From Clostridia bacterium (GTDB taxonomy: Bacteria > Bacillota > Clostridia > Christensenellales > Aristaeellaceae), in the NCBI GenBank assembly GCA_017521565.1, contig JAFXCE010000033.1, forward strand, positions 31,920 through 55,919: a DNA stretch of 24,000 nucleotides, in the 5' to 3' direction. Made by a program: the position numbers and the translations under genes. The stretch's first letter is position 1. Every line of letters begins with the position of its first letter. Under the pieces are notes generated by a model that searched no databases, was not told the DNA's origin, and saw only the letters and a list, made by a program, of their open reading frames with translations. Below, in pieces: positions 7,831 to 15,930 of this stretch.

Positions 7831-9117
7831 ATGAAGAATATGGCGGTTTATCAATGTCCTAGTTGTGGTGCGCCGCTTGAATATGGAGCTGAAAGCGGCA
7901 AGCTGGAGTGCAGAGCCTGTGCCAGCAGCTATGAATTGGATGCACCGGAGGTAGTGACTCAGGAAAAGGGCGGTATTCGCTTTGAGATGCCGGAAGAAAC
8001 CTTTGACGCCGCGGAAGCGAGTCAGATGCAGGCATATATCTGTCAGGCTTGCGGCGCAGAGCTGATGACCGAGGAGACCACCACGGCAACACAGTGTCCG
8101 TACTGCGGCAGCCCGACGATCCTGCCGGAGAAGATTGAAGGCGGCGTCAAGCCGGAGAAAGTGATCCCTTTCACGGTGACAAAAGAAGAGGCTCAGAAGC
8201 TGTTCGATGAGTATTTCAAGGGGAAAAAGCTGCTGCCCAATGTCTTTTTGAACACCCGGAACCGCATTGCGGAAATGCAGAAGCTCTATGTGCCGTATTG
8301 GCTGTTTGACTGCGAGGCCGGCGGCAGCGCGTTTTATGATGCAAAAAAGAATCATACCCGCCGAGAAGGCGATTGGGAGGTCACCTATACGGATCACTAT
8401 GCCGTCAGGCGTGAAGGCAGAATGGCGTTCCGGGCGCTTCCGGTGGATGGAAGCGTGAAGATGGCCAATGAGATCACCGAGTCGCTTGAACCCTATGATC
8501 TGAGCGCCGCTGTTGCGTTTGAACCGGCGGTTCTGGCTGGAGCGGTGGCGGATCATGCGGATGTAAACAGCAAGGACTGCGAGGAACGCGCGCGTCAGCG
8601 GGTGGAGAACAGCATGGAGGATGCGCTGAGGAACTCTGTTTCCGGCTACAGCTCTGTGATACCGCGGTATAAGGAATTCCATACCGAAAACGGAAAGGTG
8701 ACGCCGGTGCTCATGCCGGTGTGGCTGATTACAACCGAGAAGGAGAATACAACCTATACCTTTGCAATCAACGGACAGACGGGCAAGCTCACCTGCGACG
8801 TGCCTGCTGATACAAAGAAGTCGCTCCTTTGGGGATTCGGCGTCTTTGCGGGCGCGCTGGCGCTGGCGTGCGTGATCTGCATGATGACGGGCATGCTCAA
8901 CAGCGTGGGCCTGGTGCTTGCTCTGCTCTTTGCGCTGATTGTGGCGTTTGTGGTTGTCGGCGCGATGCTTGGCGAACTCAAGCAGGCGGGCAGCGTGCAG
9001 GGGGCAGGCAATTATGCCGTGCAGGGTTCCTTTGAATTGTTTGTCAAGGAGGATCGCTTCCTGCACCAGACGCAGACGAGAAGAAAGATCGAACAGAAGC
9101 CGTCCAATGGAAAATAA
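7831..9117 (+). CDS. double zinc-ribbon protein with C-terminal transmembrane helices (YdjG-like partner of the SPFH protein)
   Basis: GGAGAAGGAG SD precedes ATG 7831. Two CxxC...CxxC ribbons are present (CPSCG...CRAC and CQACG...CPYCG). The central motif is YVPYWLF. The C-terminal hydrophobic stretch is LLWGFGVFAGALALACVICMM...LVLALLFALIVAFVVVGAML. Confidence 0.8.
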   Translation: MKNMAVYQCPSCGAPLEYGAESGKLECRACASSYELDAPEVVTQEKGGIRFEMPEETFDAAEASQMQAYICQACGAELMTEETTTATQCPYCGSPTILPEKIEGGVKPEKVIPFTVTKEEAQKLFDEYFKGKKLLPNVFLNTRNRIAEMQKLYVPYWLFDCEAGGSAFYDAKKNHTRREGDWEVTYTDHYAVRREGRMAFRALPVDGSVKMANEITESLEPYDLSAAVAFEPAVLAGAVADHADVNSKDCEERARQRVENSMEDALRNSVSGYSSVIPRYKEFHTENGKVTPVLMPVWLITTEKENTTYTFAINGQTGKLTCDVPADTKKSLLWGFGVFAGALALACVICMMTGMLNSVGLVLALLFALIVAFVVVGAMLGELKQAGSVQGAGNYAVQGSFELFVKEDRFLHQTQTRRKIEQKPSNGK

Positions 9118-9155
9118 GGCTGACAGATATATAGATTTGATTGGAGGACACTGAA

Positions 9156-10541
9156 ATGGGACTGATTACTGCTGCGATTAACGCTGTGACGGGAACGCTT
9201 GAGAGCCAGTGGAAAGAGTATTTCTACTGCGACGCGCTGCCGGAGAGCGTATTGGCCACCAAGGCGATGAAGAAGACGAAGGGCGTCTTTGGTTTCAAGG
9301 TTGAGGATGAGAATGTGATTTCTCAGGGCTCTGTGGTTGCCGTTGCCGATGGCCAGTGCATGATGATTGTCGATCAGGGAAAGATTGTCGATTTCTGCGC
9401 CGAGCCGGGCCAGTATATCTATGACACCAATGCCCAGCCGACGCTGCTCTACGGCGACTTCAATACCGAGAAGCTCAAGGCCGTGCTCAAGGAAGCGTTT
9501 GACCGTTTCTCCTTCGGCGGGCAGCTGGGCAGGGATCAGCGCGTGTATTACTTCAACACCAAGGAGATCATTGGCAATAAGTATGGCACGCCGGGCGCGG
9601 TTCCGTTCCGCGTGGTGGATGCCAATATCGGGCTGGATATGGATGTTTCCATCCGCTGCTTCGGCGAATACAGCTACCGCATCACCAATCCGATCCTGTT
9701 CTATACCAATGTCTGCGGCAATGTCGAAGGCGATTATGCCCGCGATAAGATCGACAGCCAGCTGAAGAGCGAGCTGCTGACCGCGCTGCAGCCGGCGTTT
9801 GCCAAGATCTCCGAAAAGGGAATCCGTTACAGCGCGCTGCCGGGCCATACCATGGAGCTGGCGGAAGCGATCAATGAGGTGCTCTCCGAAAAATGGGCCA
9901 ATCTTCGCGGCGTGGAGGTCGTGTCCTTCGGCGTTAACTCCGTCAAGGCGTCCGAAGAGGACGAGGCCATGATCAAGGAGCTGCAGCGCAATGCGGTGTT
10001 CCGCAATGCGAACATGGCGGCGGCGCATCTGGTCGGCGCGCAGGCGCAGGCCATGCAGGACGCGGCGAAGAATCAGGGCGGCGCATTTACCGGCTTCATG
10101 GGCATGAACATGGCGCAGGGCGGCGGCGTGAACGCTGCGCAGCTTTTCCAGATGGGCGCACAGCAGCAGGCTGCGCCTGCGCAGCAGACGGCCGGCGGCT
10201 GGAAGTGCGCATGCGGCGCGACGGCAACGGGCAAGTTCTGCCCGGAGTGCGGCGCGAAGAAGCCGGAACCGCAGGCCGGCTGGAAGTGCGCGTGCGGCGC
10301 AACGGCGACAGGGAAGTTCTGTCCTGAGTGCGGCGCGGCCAAGCCTGCTGATGAAGGCTGGACCTGTGCCTGCGGCGCAGTGAACAAGGGCAAGTTCTGC
10401 GCGGAGTGCGGCGCAAAGCGTCCTGCCGGCGCACCGGTTTATCAGTGTGACAAGTGCGGCTTTAAGCCTGCCGATCCCAAGAATCCGCCGAAGTTCTGCC
10501 CCGAGTGCGGCGATCCTTTTGACGAGAGCGATATGAAGTGA
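9156..10541 (+). CDS. SPFH (band-7/stomatin-prohibitin-flotillin) domain protein of the YdjI/COG4260 type with four C-terminal zinc ribbons
   Basis: The track ORF starts at TTG 9141. I prefer ATG 9156 (MGLITAAINAV...) because GGAGG lies 8 nt upstream. The N-terminal 300 aa match my memory of COG4260/YdjI-like SPFH proteins. A Q/A/G-rich linker follows, then 3x W-x-C-A-C-G-x6-K-F-C-x-E-C-G plus one CDKCG...CPECG. Confidence 0.85.
   Translation: MGLITAAINAVTGTLESQWKEYFYCDALPESVLATKAMKKTKGVFGFKVEDENVISQGSVVAVADGQCMMIVDQGKIVDFCAEPGQYIYDTNAQPTLLYGDFNTEKLKAVLKEAFDRFSFGGQLGRDQRVYYFNTKEIIGNKYGTPGAVPFRVVDANIGLDMDVSIRCFGEYSYRITNPILFYTNVCGNVEGDYARDKIDSQLKSELLTALQPAFAKISEKGIRYSALPGHTMELAEAINEVLSEKWANLRGVEVVSFGVNSVKASEEDEAMIKELQRNAVFRNANMAAAHLVGAQAQAMQDAAKNQGGAFTGFMGMNMAQGGGVNAAQLFQMGAQQQAAPAQQTAGGWKCACGATATGKFCPECGAKKPEPQAGWKCACGATATGKFCPECGAAKPADEGWTCACGAVNKGKFCAECGAKRPAGAPVYQCDKCGFKPADPKNPPKFCPECGDPFDESDMK
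10197..10511 (+). repeat. in-frame tandem coding repeats (81- and 78-nt periods) encoding zinc-ribbon units
   Basis: GGCTGGAAGTGCGC starts at 10197 and again at 10278 (units near-identical at the DNA level). GGCTGGACCTGTGCC starts at 10356. A diverged fourth unit ends at 10511. Confidence 0.8.
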
Positions 10542-10622
10542 GCATGATGCAGGAGGCGCTTAGCATCCCATATCATCAAACGGATTAATCCGGGATCAGC
10601 TATAAAGGATTTCAGCATCAAT

Positions 10623-10661
10623 AAAGCACAGGCTCTCCCATACGGGAGAGCCTGTGCTTTT
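10623..10661 (+). terminator. intrinsic terminator of the zinc-ribbon/SPFH operon
   Basis: Perfect 17-bp stem AAAGCACAGGCTCTCCC / GGGAGAGCCTGTGCTTT, ATAC loop, short T tail. Confidence 0.75.
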
Positions 10662-10710
10662 AGAAGCGGATTCATGCAAGCGTATTCAGGGAGCGAACCT
10701 GATCTTTGGC

Positions 10711-10739
10711 TTGCGTTGTGCCTGACCAGATGATAGAAT
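10711..10739 (+). promoter_or_regulatory. candidate sigma-A promoter with extended -10
   Basis: TTGCGT (10711-10716), 17-nt spacer ending in TGa, TAGAAT (10734-10739). It overlaps the track ATG at 10738, which argues for a downstream start. Confidence 0.35.
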
Positions 10740-10782
10740 GAAAACGATATATGAATGGGATGGGCTCTGGAAAAGCAAAACC

Positions 10783-11901
10783 ATGAGAGGAATAGTGAAG
10801 CATATGAAAGACCGACAGACTCCGGCAGAATCATCGAGAGAATGGTTTTTGGATTTTTTGCGGATTGCGGCAACGTATGGCATCGTGATGCTCCATATGT
10901 CGCCGCTGGATACAGATATATATGGTGTTGAGACGGCGCCATGGAAGACGTTCATCTGCATGAGCATTCTCTTTCGCTGGTGTGTTCCGGCTTTCTTTAT
11001 GATCAGCGGAGCCTTGTTCCTTTCGCCTAGGAAAACGCTGAATATAAAAAAGCTGTATGCCAAAACGATATTCCGAATGGTGTGCAGCTTCCTGTTCTGG
11101 TCGGGGCTGTATGCGATGGCGCATTGCATCATCATGGATAAGGGAAAGTGGACATTTCTGAATCAGTGGCTGCGAGGCCATTACCACATGTGGTACGTAT
11201 TTGTGGCGATCGGCTTATACATTCTGACGCCGGTTCTGAGGGGCTTGACGCAGTCGAGAAAGCTGACGGAATACTATCTGATCATCGGTTTTGTTTTTAC
11301 CTATTTGCTGCCGCGCGCACTGTCGCTTCTTCTGCTTTTTAATCCTCCTCATGCGGATGTGATCCAGTCTTTTCAGGCTGCTGTTTCGCAGATTAATCCG
11401 CTGGCAGGAAAGCACGCATTGTATTTTTACGTGCTGGGGTATTATCTACACGAATATCCGCTGCGCAGACCCGTGCGCTTGTGCCTGTATCTTGCAGGCG
11501 CTGCCAGCTGCATATTGATGATGCTGCTGACGATCTGGCATTCTGCTTATACAGGGGCTGTCAGTGCGCTGTTCTATGGAACGGAATCAATGCTGACACT
11601 GCTTTTTGCAGCCGGAGTGTATACAGGATTCCGGCAGGCGTTTGAGGGTGTTGAAGTGATCGGGCGCTGCAGGAAGGTGGTGCTTCAGCTTTCCGCCTGT
11701 TCTTATGGCGTTTATCTGATCCATCCATTCCTGCTTGAGCGGATTCCTCATGCGCTTGCACCCAGACCGCTGAGCCTGATCGTGGGTATGCCGCTGATTG
11801 CCGGGACGTTTTATCTTCTTGCGCTCGGCGTGTCCTTTGCGCTGCTTCATATACCTGTTTTAAAGAGATTGAAGGAGCATTACAATATATCCATCCTGTA
11901 A
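10783..11901 (+). CDS. acyltransferase family 3 (PF01757-like) integral membrane O-acyltransferase
   Basis: WFLDFLRIAATYGIVMLH is an N-terminal signature typical of acyltransferase_3, and there are about 10 hydrophobic segments. The start is ambiguous among ATG 10738 (inside the putative promoter), 10783 and 10804; the end is firm. Confidence 0.8.
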   Translation: MRGIVKHMKDRQTPAESSREWFLDFLRIAATYGIVMLHMSPLDTDIYGVETAPWKTFICMSILFRWCVPAFFMISGALFLSPRKTLNIKKLYAKTIFRMVCSFLFWSGLYAMAHCIIMDKGKWTFLNQWLRGHYHMWYVFVAIGLYILTPVLRGLTQSRKLTEYYLIIGFVFTYLLPRALSLLLLFNPPHADVIQSFQAAVSQINPLAGKHALYFYVLGYYLHEYPLRRPVRLCLYLAGAASCILMMLLTIWHSAYTGAVSALFYGTESMLTLLFAAGVYTGFRQAFEGVEVIGRCRKVVLQLSACSYGVYLIHPFLLERIPHALAPRPLSLIVGMPLIAGTFYLLALGVSFALLHIPVLKRLKEHYNISIL

Positions 11902-11916
11902 GAGGAGCAGAAAATC

Positions 11917-12198
11917 ATGACCCAGATTGAACGCATTGAATATATGGAACAGATCCTCGATGAGGCGGAAGCGGCGACGCAGGTGCTGCTGCTGGCGCTG
12001 GAGCGTTACCGTGCGCTGAAGCCCCGCATGGCGGAGCTGGAGGCATATTATACCTCCCCGCAATGGATGCGGGATTACGAGGATGACTGCGCGGGCAGGC
12101 TGCCCGAAGGGCTGAGGCGTGGCGTGCTTTCCGAGGATGCGGTATATGACCTGCTGCACATGCAGAATGTGCTTCAGGCGATGTGGGAAGAAGCGTAA
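11917..12198 (+). CDS. DUF4298 family protein (93 aa)
   Basis: GAGGAG SD lies 9 nt upstream. The sequence ...LEAYYTSPQWMRDYEDDCAGRLPEGLRRGVLSEDAVYDLL... fits the DUF4298 pattern as I recall it. Confidence 0.75.
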   Translation: MTQIERIEYMEQILDEAEAATQVLLLALERYRALKPRMAELEAYYTSPQWMRDYEDDCAGRLPEGLRRGVLSEDAVYDLLHMQNVLQAMWEEA

Positions 12199-12232
12199 GC
12201 ACAGAGGCCTGTTGAAATGAGGGGATACATAA

Positions 12233-12280
12233 ATCACGCCCGCCGGACTGCGATGCGCAGCGGCGGGCGTGATCTTTTGT
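12233..12280. terminator. hairpin terminator shared by the convergent DUF4298 gene and plsY
   Basis: 13-bp stem ATCACGCCCGCCG / CGGCGGGCGTGAT with inner CTGCG/CGCAG pairing. CTTTTGTG lies on the plus side and TTTAT on the minus side. Confidence 0.7.
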
Positions 12281-12364
12281 GATGTCAATCTTATCGCAGA
12301 ATATCAGCCGCGTGTGCAAAAGCACGAGATTTACAGGGGTTTGTCAGCAATGCGGCGGCTGGTT

Positions 12365-13039
12365 TTATTTCTGGTTGGCTTTTCGGTAGATTTTGTTCCA
12401 TTCCTGCTCGGAGAATTTCTCCTTCAGCCGTTCTTCTTCTTTCTTGGCGTTCCAGAGCCAGCTGATGCGTGCCTCCTGGCCGGTCAGGATCCGCTGAAGG
12501 TTGGGCAGATGCTTATAGACGACCACGGGAATCAGCGAGGCGAGCAGCAGTGTTCCGGCGGCGTCGCCTGTCTGCCAGGCGTAGATGACCGGTAGAATCA
12601 CGCACAGCGAGAGCGGCATGACGCAGATGTAATTGCTGATCAGCGTGAGCAGAACTTCGATCACCAGAAGAATCAGGAAGAGCTTGGCGTCATAGGCCAG
12701 CACAAGGCCGCCCATACAGGCCAGCCCTTTTCCGCCGGCAAACCCCATCCATGCGGGGAAGATATGGCCGAGGATGCAGGCACAACTGGCAAGAATTCCG
12801 GCATAGGTCAGCGCAGGGAAGAGCATGCGGGCCAGCTTGTATGCAAAATACGATTTGAAGATATCCAGCACTGCACACAGCGCGCCGGCGGCCTTGCCCA
12901 TGACCAGCGTTACATTGGTGGCGCCGGCATTGCCGGAGCCGCGGCCGCGGATGTCAAAGCCGCGCAGCTTTCCGAAGATATACGCGGGATTAATCGTCCC
13001 AAGGAAATAGCCCATTGCCGTGCAAAGAAGAAAATTCAT
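12365..13039 (-). CDS. plsY: glycerol-3-phosphate acyltransferase PlsY (acyl-phosphate dependent)
   Basis: GSGNAGATN and HIFP...F.GGKG motifs are present. It is about 200 aa, multi-pass, with an MNFLLCTAMGYFLGTINPAYIFGK N-terminus. GGTGA SD is upstream. The lysine-rich C-terminal tail is a little longer than usual. Confidence 0.92.
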   Translation of the reverse strand: MNFLLCTAMGYFLGTINPAYIFGKLRGFDIRGRGSGNAGATNVTLVMGKAAGALCAVLDIFKSYFAYKLARMLFPALTYAGILASCACILGHIFPAWMGFAGGKGLACMGGLVLAYDAKLFLILLVIEVLLTLISNYICVMPLSLCVILPVIYAWQTGDAAGTLLLASLIPVVVYKHLPNLQRILTGQEARISWLWNAKKEEERLKEKFSEQEWNKIYRKANQK

Positions 13040-13101
13040 TGTATCACCTGAATGCTTGATCGGATTGCCGGGTGTATATCCGGCGTTAATGCGTTGTTAT
13101 C

Positions 13102-13130
13102 ATATTACATGCTTGGGCGGGCAAAGTCAA
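13102..13130 (-). promoter_or_regulatory. candidate sigma-A promoter for plsY
   Basis: On the minus strand: TTGACT (13130-13125), 17-nt spacer, TAATAT (13107-13102). Confidence 0.4.
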
Positions 13131-13194
13131 TTCGAGCACATGCGTTTTTTATGGCTTGACATGCAAATATTTGGGCGGAAATGAAGCGCATGCA

Positions 13195-13223
13195 TTGCGG
13201 CGGCGGCGACGCTGCCTTATAAT
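13195..13223 (+). promoter_or_regulatory. candidate sigma-A promoter for the esterase/HAD genes
   Basis: TTGCGG (13195-13200), 17-nt spacer, TATAAT (13218-13223). Confidence 0.45.
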
Positions 13224-13252
13224 AGAACCATCTGACGGGAGGAGGGGATCTG

Positions 13253-14413
13253 GTGTTTGACCGCGAACTGATTGAAAACCGCGCCATGACCGAACAGGCA
13301 TGCGCGTTTCATCCGCCGTATCCGGAGAGGATCGGGGATTTCTTTGCCGGGGAGCAGGTGCGTACGGGTGCGATCGTGCAGGAGGACGGCAGCGTGCTGT
13401 TTCGGCTGTATGCGCCGGGCGCGGATCGGGCAAAGGCCTGCCTGACCGCATTTGCGGATGTACAGATCGATCTGGTTAAGGATGAAAACGGCTTCTTTGA
13501 AGGCGTTCTGCCGTATTCGGCGCGCCACCGCGGACCGCAGGACGTTCGCTTTTACCTCAACGATGTGCTTTATCTGCATCCGCAGATGCCGACGCATTAC
13601 CGGAGCTTCCGGCAGGTGAATTTTGTTGAGATTCCCGATCCTGAGAGCGAAATGATTCTCCTGAGGGACGTACCGCATGGACAGGTTGTGCGTGAAGTAT
13701 ACAGGAGCAGCGTGCGCGGCACATGGCAGCGCTGCATGATCTATCTGCCGCCGCAATACCGCAGCGGAGGGGAATACCCGGTGCTCTATCTCCAGCATGG
13801 GCTGACGGAGAACGAGGGCGAATGGGTGAATATGGGCAAAGCGCCATACATTCTGGATAACCTGATCGCCGAAGGAAAGTGCGTTCCGCTGATCGTGGTG
13901 ATGAGCGACGGCATGGAGCGTCTGCCGGGCGAGGGGTATTGGGATTTCGGCTCGTTTGAAAGGCTGCTGCTGGAGGACTGTATCCCCTTCGTTGAGCGCA
14001 ATTACCGCGTGAAGCCAGGCAGGAAAAACCGCGCGCTGGCAGGATTGTCGATGGGATCTGAGCAGGCGAGCGTCATTGGGCTTACGCATCCGGAATTGTT
14101 TGGCGCGCTGGGGCTGTTCAGCGGCTTTGTGCGCATGGATACGCGCACCGCATTTGAGGACTGTCCGCATCTGCGTGCGCTCAGCAGGAATCCGGCATAC
14201 ATCCATGAGCATTACGATGTGTTTTTCCGTTCCATGGGTTCAAGGGATGTGTATTTCCATGTCTTTGAGGATGACCGCGCGGCGCTTGATGCGCTGGGCT
14301 GCACGCGGTATCCGGGCTGTTACGAGCGGGTATACGATGGATTGACGCACGACTGGGGCGCTTTCCGGCGCGCGCTTCGGGATTTTGTGCAGCTGATATT
14401 CCGGGCGCCATGA
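13253..14413 (+). CDS. alpha/beta-hydrolase esterase (putative-esterase PF00756 / CE1-like) with an N-terminal Ig-like (E-set) domain
   Basis: GTG start with GGGAGGAGGGG SD. YPVLYLQHGLTENEGEW and the nucleophile elbow GLSMGS are present. The N-terminal beta-rich domain is GSVLFRLYAPGA...NGFFEGVL. Confidence 0.8.
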   Translation: MFDRELIENRAMTEQACAFHPPYPERIGDFFAGEQVRTGAIVQEDGSVLFRLYAPGADRAKACLTAFADVQIDLVKDENGFFEGVLPYSARHRGPQDVRFYLNDVLYLHPQMPTHYRSFRQVNFVEIPDPESEMILLRDVPHGQVVREVYRSSVRGTWQRCMIYLPPQYRSGGEYPVLYLQHGLTENEGEWVNMGKAPYILDNLIAEGKCVPLIVVMSDGMERLPGEGYWDFGSFERLLLEDCIPFVERNYRVKPGRKNRALAGLSMGSEQASVIGLTHPELFGALGLFSGFVRMDTRTAFEDCPHLRALSRNPAYIHEHYDVFFRSMGSRDVYFHVFEDDRAALDALGCTRYPGCYERVYDGLTHDWGAFRRALRDFVQLIFRAP

Positions 14414-14434
14414 TCATTGCGGAGGTTTTCGGTG

Positions 14435-15091
14435 ATGAGCACGTATCTGTTTGATTTTGACGGCACGCTGGTGGATTCCATGCCGGTCTATGCGGCGATG
14501 ATGCTGCGGATTCTTGCGGAGAAGAATGTAAAGCATAGCGAGGATGTCATCAAGATCATCACTCCACTGGGATACCGGAATACAGCGAAATACTTCATTG
14601 AAACGCTGGGCATGGAGATGGGACAGGATGAACTCGTTGCGCTGATGACGGCGCGCGCGGTAAAGGCGTATACGTATGATGTGCAGGCGAAGGCGCATGT
14701 GCTGGAGGTTTTGTATGCGCTCAAAGCGCGCGGCGACGATCTGCATGTGCTGACCGCCAGTCCGCATGCGATGCTGGATCCATGCCTGAAGCGGCTGGGC
14801 GTGTATGACCTGTTTGACAATGTCTGGTCCTGCGAGGACTTTGGCACGACGAAGGCAGATCCACAGATTTATCACATGGCAGCGGAGAAAATCGGGAAGC
14901 CCGTCGGAGAGATCTGGTTCCTTGATGACAATTACAATGCGGATAAAACGGCCAAAGAAGCCGGGATGCGTGTCTGTGCGGTATATGACGATTCCTCAGC
15001 GGAGTATACGCATGAGATGAAAGCGGTCGCCGATGCATATATGGAGGACTTCTCTCAGCTGATGGCATGCACGAGGGAGGAAACCGTATGA
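14435..15091 (+). CDS. HAD-superfamily hydrolase (subfamily IA-like phosphatase)
   Basis: The track ORF starts at TTG 14417. I prefer ATG 14435 (MSTYLFDFDGTLVDS, HAD motif I) because GGAGG lies 9 nt upstream. Motif II is LTASP. Motifs III/IV are K...FLDDN. Confidence 0.85.
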   Translation: MSTYLFDFDGTLVDSMPVYAAMMLRILAEKNVKHSEDVIKIITPLGYRNTAKYFIETLGMEMGQDELVALMTARAVKAYTYDVQAKAHVLEVLYALKARGDDLHVLTASPHAMLDPCLKRLGVYDLFDNVWSCEDFGTTKADPQIYHMAAEKIGKPVGEIWFLDDNYNADKTAKEAGMRVCAVYDDSSAEYTHEMKAVADAYMEDFSQLMACTREETV

Positions 15092-15259
15092 ATGCGCAGC
15101 GCCTTGCCTCCTCGTATTATGCCGGGGAAGCTGCGCTGCGGAGCTTCGCGTGGGCAAGGGGTGCGTGCTCATCTGGGCGGCGCGTTCGGTGTGAATACGG
15201 CGCGGATCCTGCTTGAGCAGCTTTCGGAGCCGTTTGGCGCGCAGACCAGTGTTCTTTTC

Positions 15260-15288
15260 TTGTGCGGTCAGGGGTTTCATGCTATAAT
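15260..15288 (+). promoter_or_regulatory. candidate sigma-A promoter with extended -10
   Basis: TTGTGC (15260-15265), 17-nt spacer ending in TGc, TATAAT (15283-15288). Confidence 0.5.
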
Positions 15289-15326
15289 GCAGAGAATAAT
15301 GATTGAGAAATACGAGGTACATGCCA

Positions 15327-15911
15327 ATGGCTTCTTTTATGGATAACCTGCGCAGAATGGTTGGCTTTAAGCCCAAGGGCGGCGAAGAGACACCGAAAAA
15401 AGAAAAGACGGACAGGCAGCCCGGCGCATTTAATGAACTGAGCCGCCGGTTTCTTGCCTGCGAAGATGAAGCGCAGAAAAAGGATATCTGGGATCAGATG
15501 TGCAAGGTGCTGCCGGATACGCTCTTTCTTGCGGCGATGCTCTACGAGGGCGAGGATCCCGGCGCGCCCGTGCGTGACCGCGACCTGCATGCGTCCGTGG
15601 GCTCCAAGGCGCTGTATGCGCTCAACGAGAGCATCGTGACCAACGGAAACCCGGGCTATCGCATGGCAAAGCGCCGCGATCCGCGCCGCATCCATTTGCT
15701 GACGCTGGTGCAGCGCAAGAGCAAGGAAGAGTGGGTGGCGCTGTTTACGGATTTTACGAAGCTGCTTCCGGTTTTTGGCCAGAAGTATCACATCACGATG
15801 ATCTCCTTTAACGAGGCAAGGCAGATCGCCAAGCCCTATAAGGGGATGATCATCAATCCGGGATCGGATGCGATTAAGCTGGACATGAGCATGCTCAAGC
15901 AGATCAAGTAA
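15327..15911 (+). CDS. SseB-family-like protein
   Basis: The track ORF starts at TTG 15303. ATG 15327 (MASFMDNL...) has GAGG 9 nt upstream. The C-terminal pattern WVALFTDF...ISFNEARQIA...GMIINPGSDAIKL resembles SseB (PF07179). K/E/D-rich composition supports the plus strand over the R/H/L-rich antisense ORF. Confidence 0.6.
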   Translation: MASFMDNLRRMVGFKPKGGEETPKKEKTDRQPGAFNELSRRFLACEDEAQKKDIWDQMCKVLPDTLFLAAMLYEGEDPGAPVRDRDLHASVGSKALYALNESIVTNGNPGYRMAKRRDPRRIHLLTLVQRKSKEEWVALFTDFTKLLPVFGQKYHITMISFNEARQIAKPYKGMIINPGSDAIKLDMSMLKQIK

Positions 15912-15930
15912 GGACTGGAAGGGTCGAAAC

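Noticed and set aside
7780-9066. 428-aa minus-strand ORF mirroring the 428-aa plus-strand zinc-ribbon gene
   Set aside because: Its composition is R/H/L/Q-rich and low-complexity, and it has no SD. The plus frame has CxxC ribbons, TM helices and a strong SD. I treat it as an antisense shadow ORF.
9012-10434. Minus-strand ORFs 9012..10028, 10073..10393 and 10096..10434 opposite the SPFH gene
   Set aside because: They are shadow frames. The last two are Pro/Ala/Arg-rich artefacts of the GC-rich zinc-ribbon repeats.
13217-14212. 331-aa minus ORF opposite the esterase gene
   Set aside because: The plus strand has the GLSMG nucleophile elbow, a strong SD and a promoter. The minus frame is R/H-rich with no motifs.
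14996-15376. 126-aa minus ORF and 84-aa plus ORF (15092..15346) in the HAD/SseB spacer
   Set aside because: The minus ORF overlaps the HAD 3' end and has no SD. The plus ORF runs through the SseB-like promoter and start. Neither looks protein-like.
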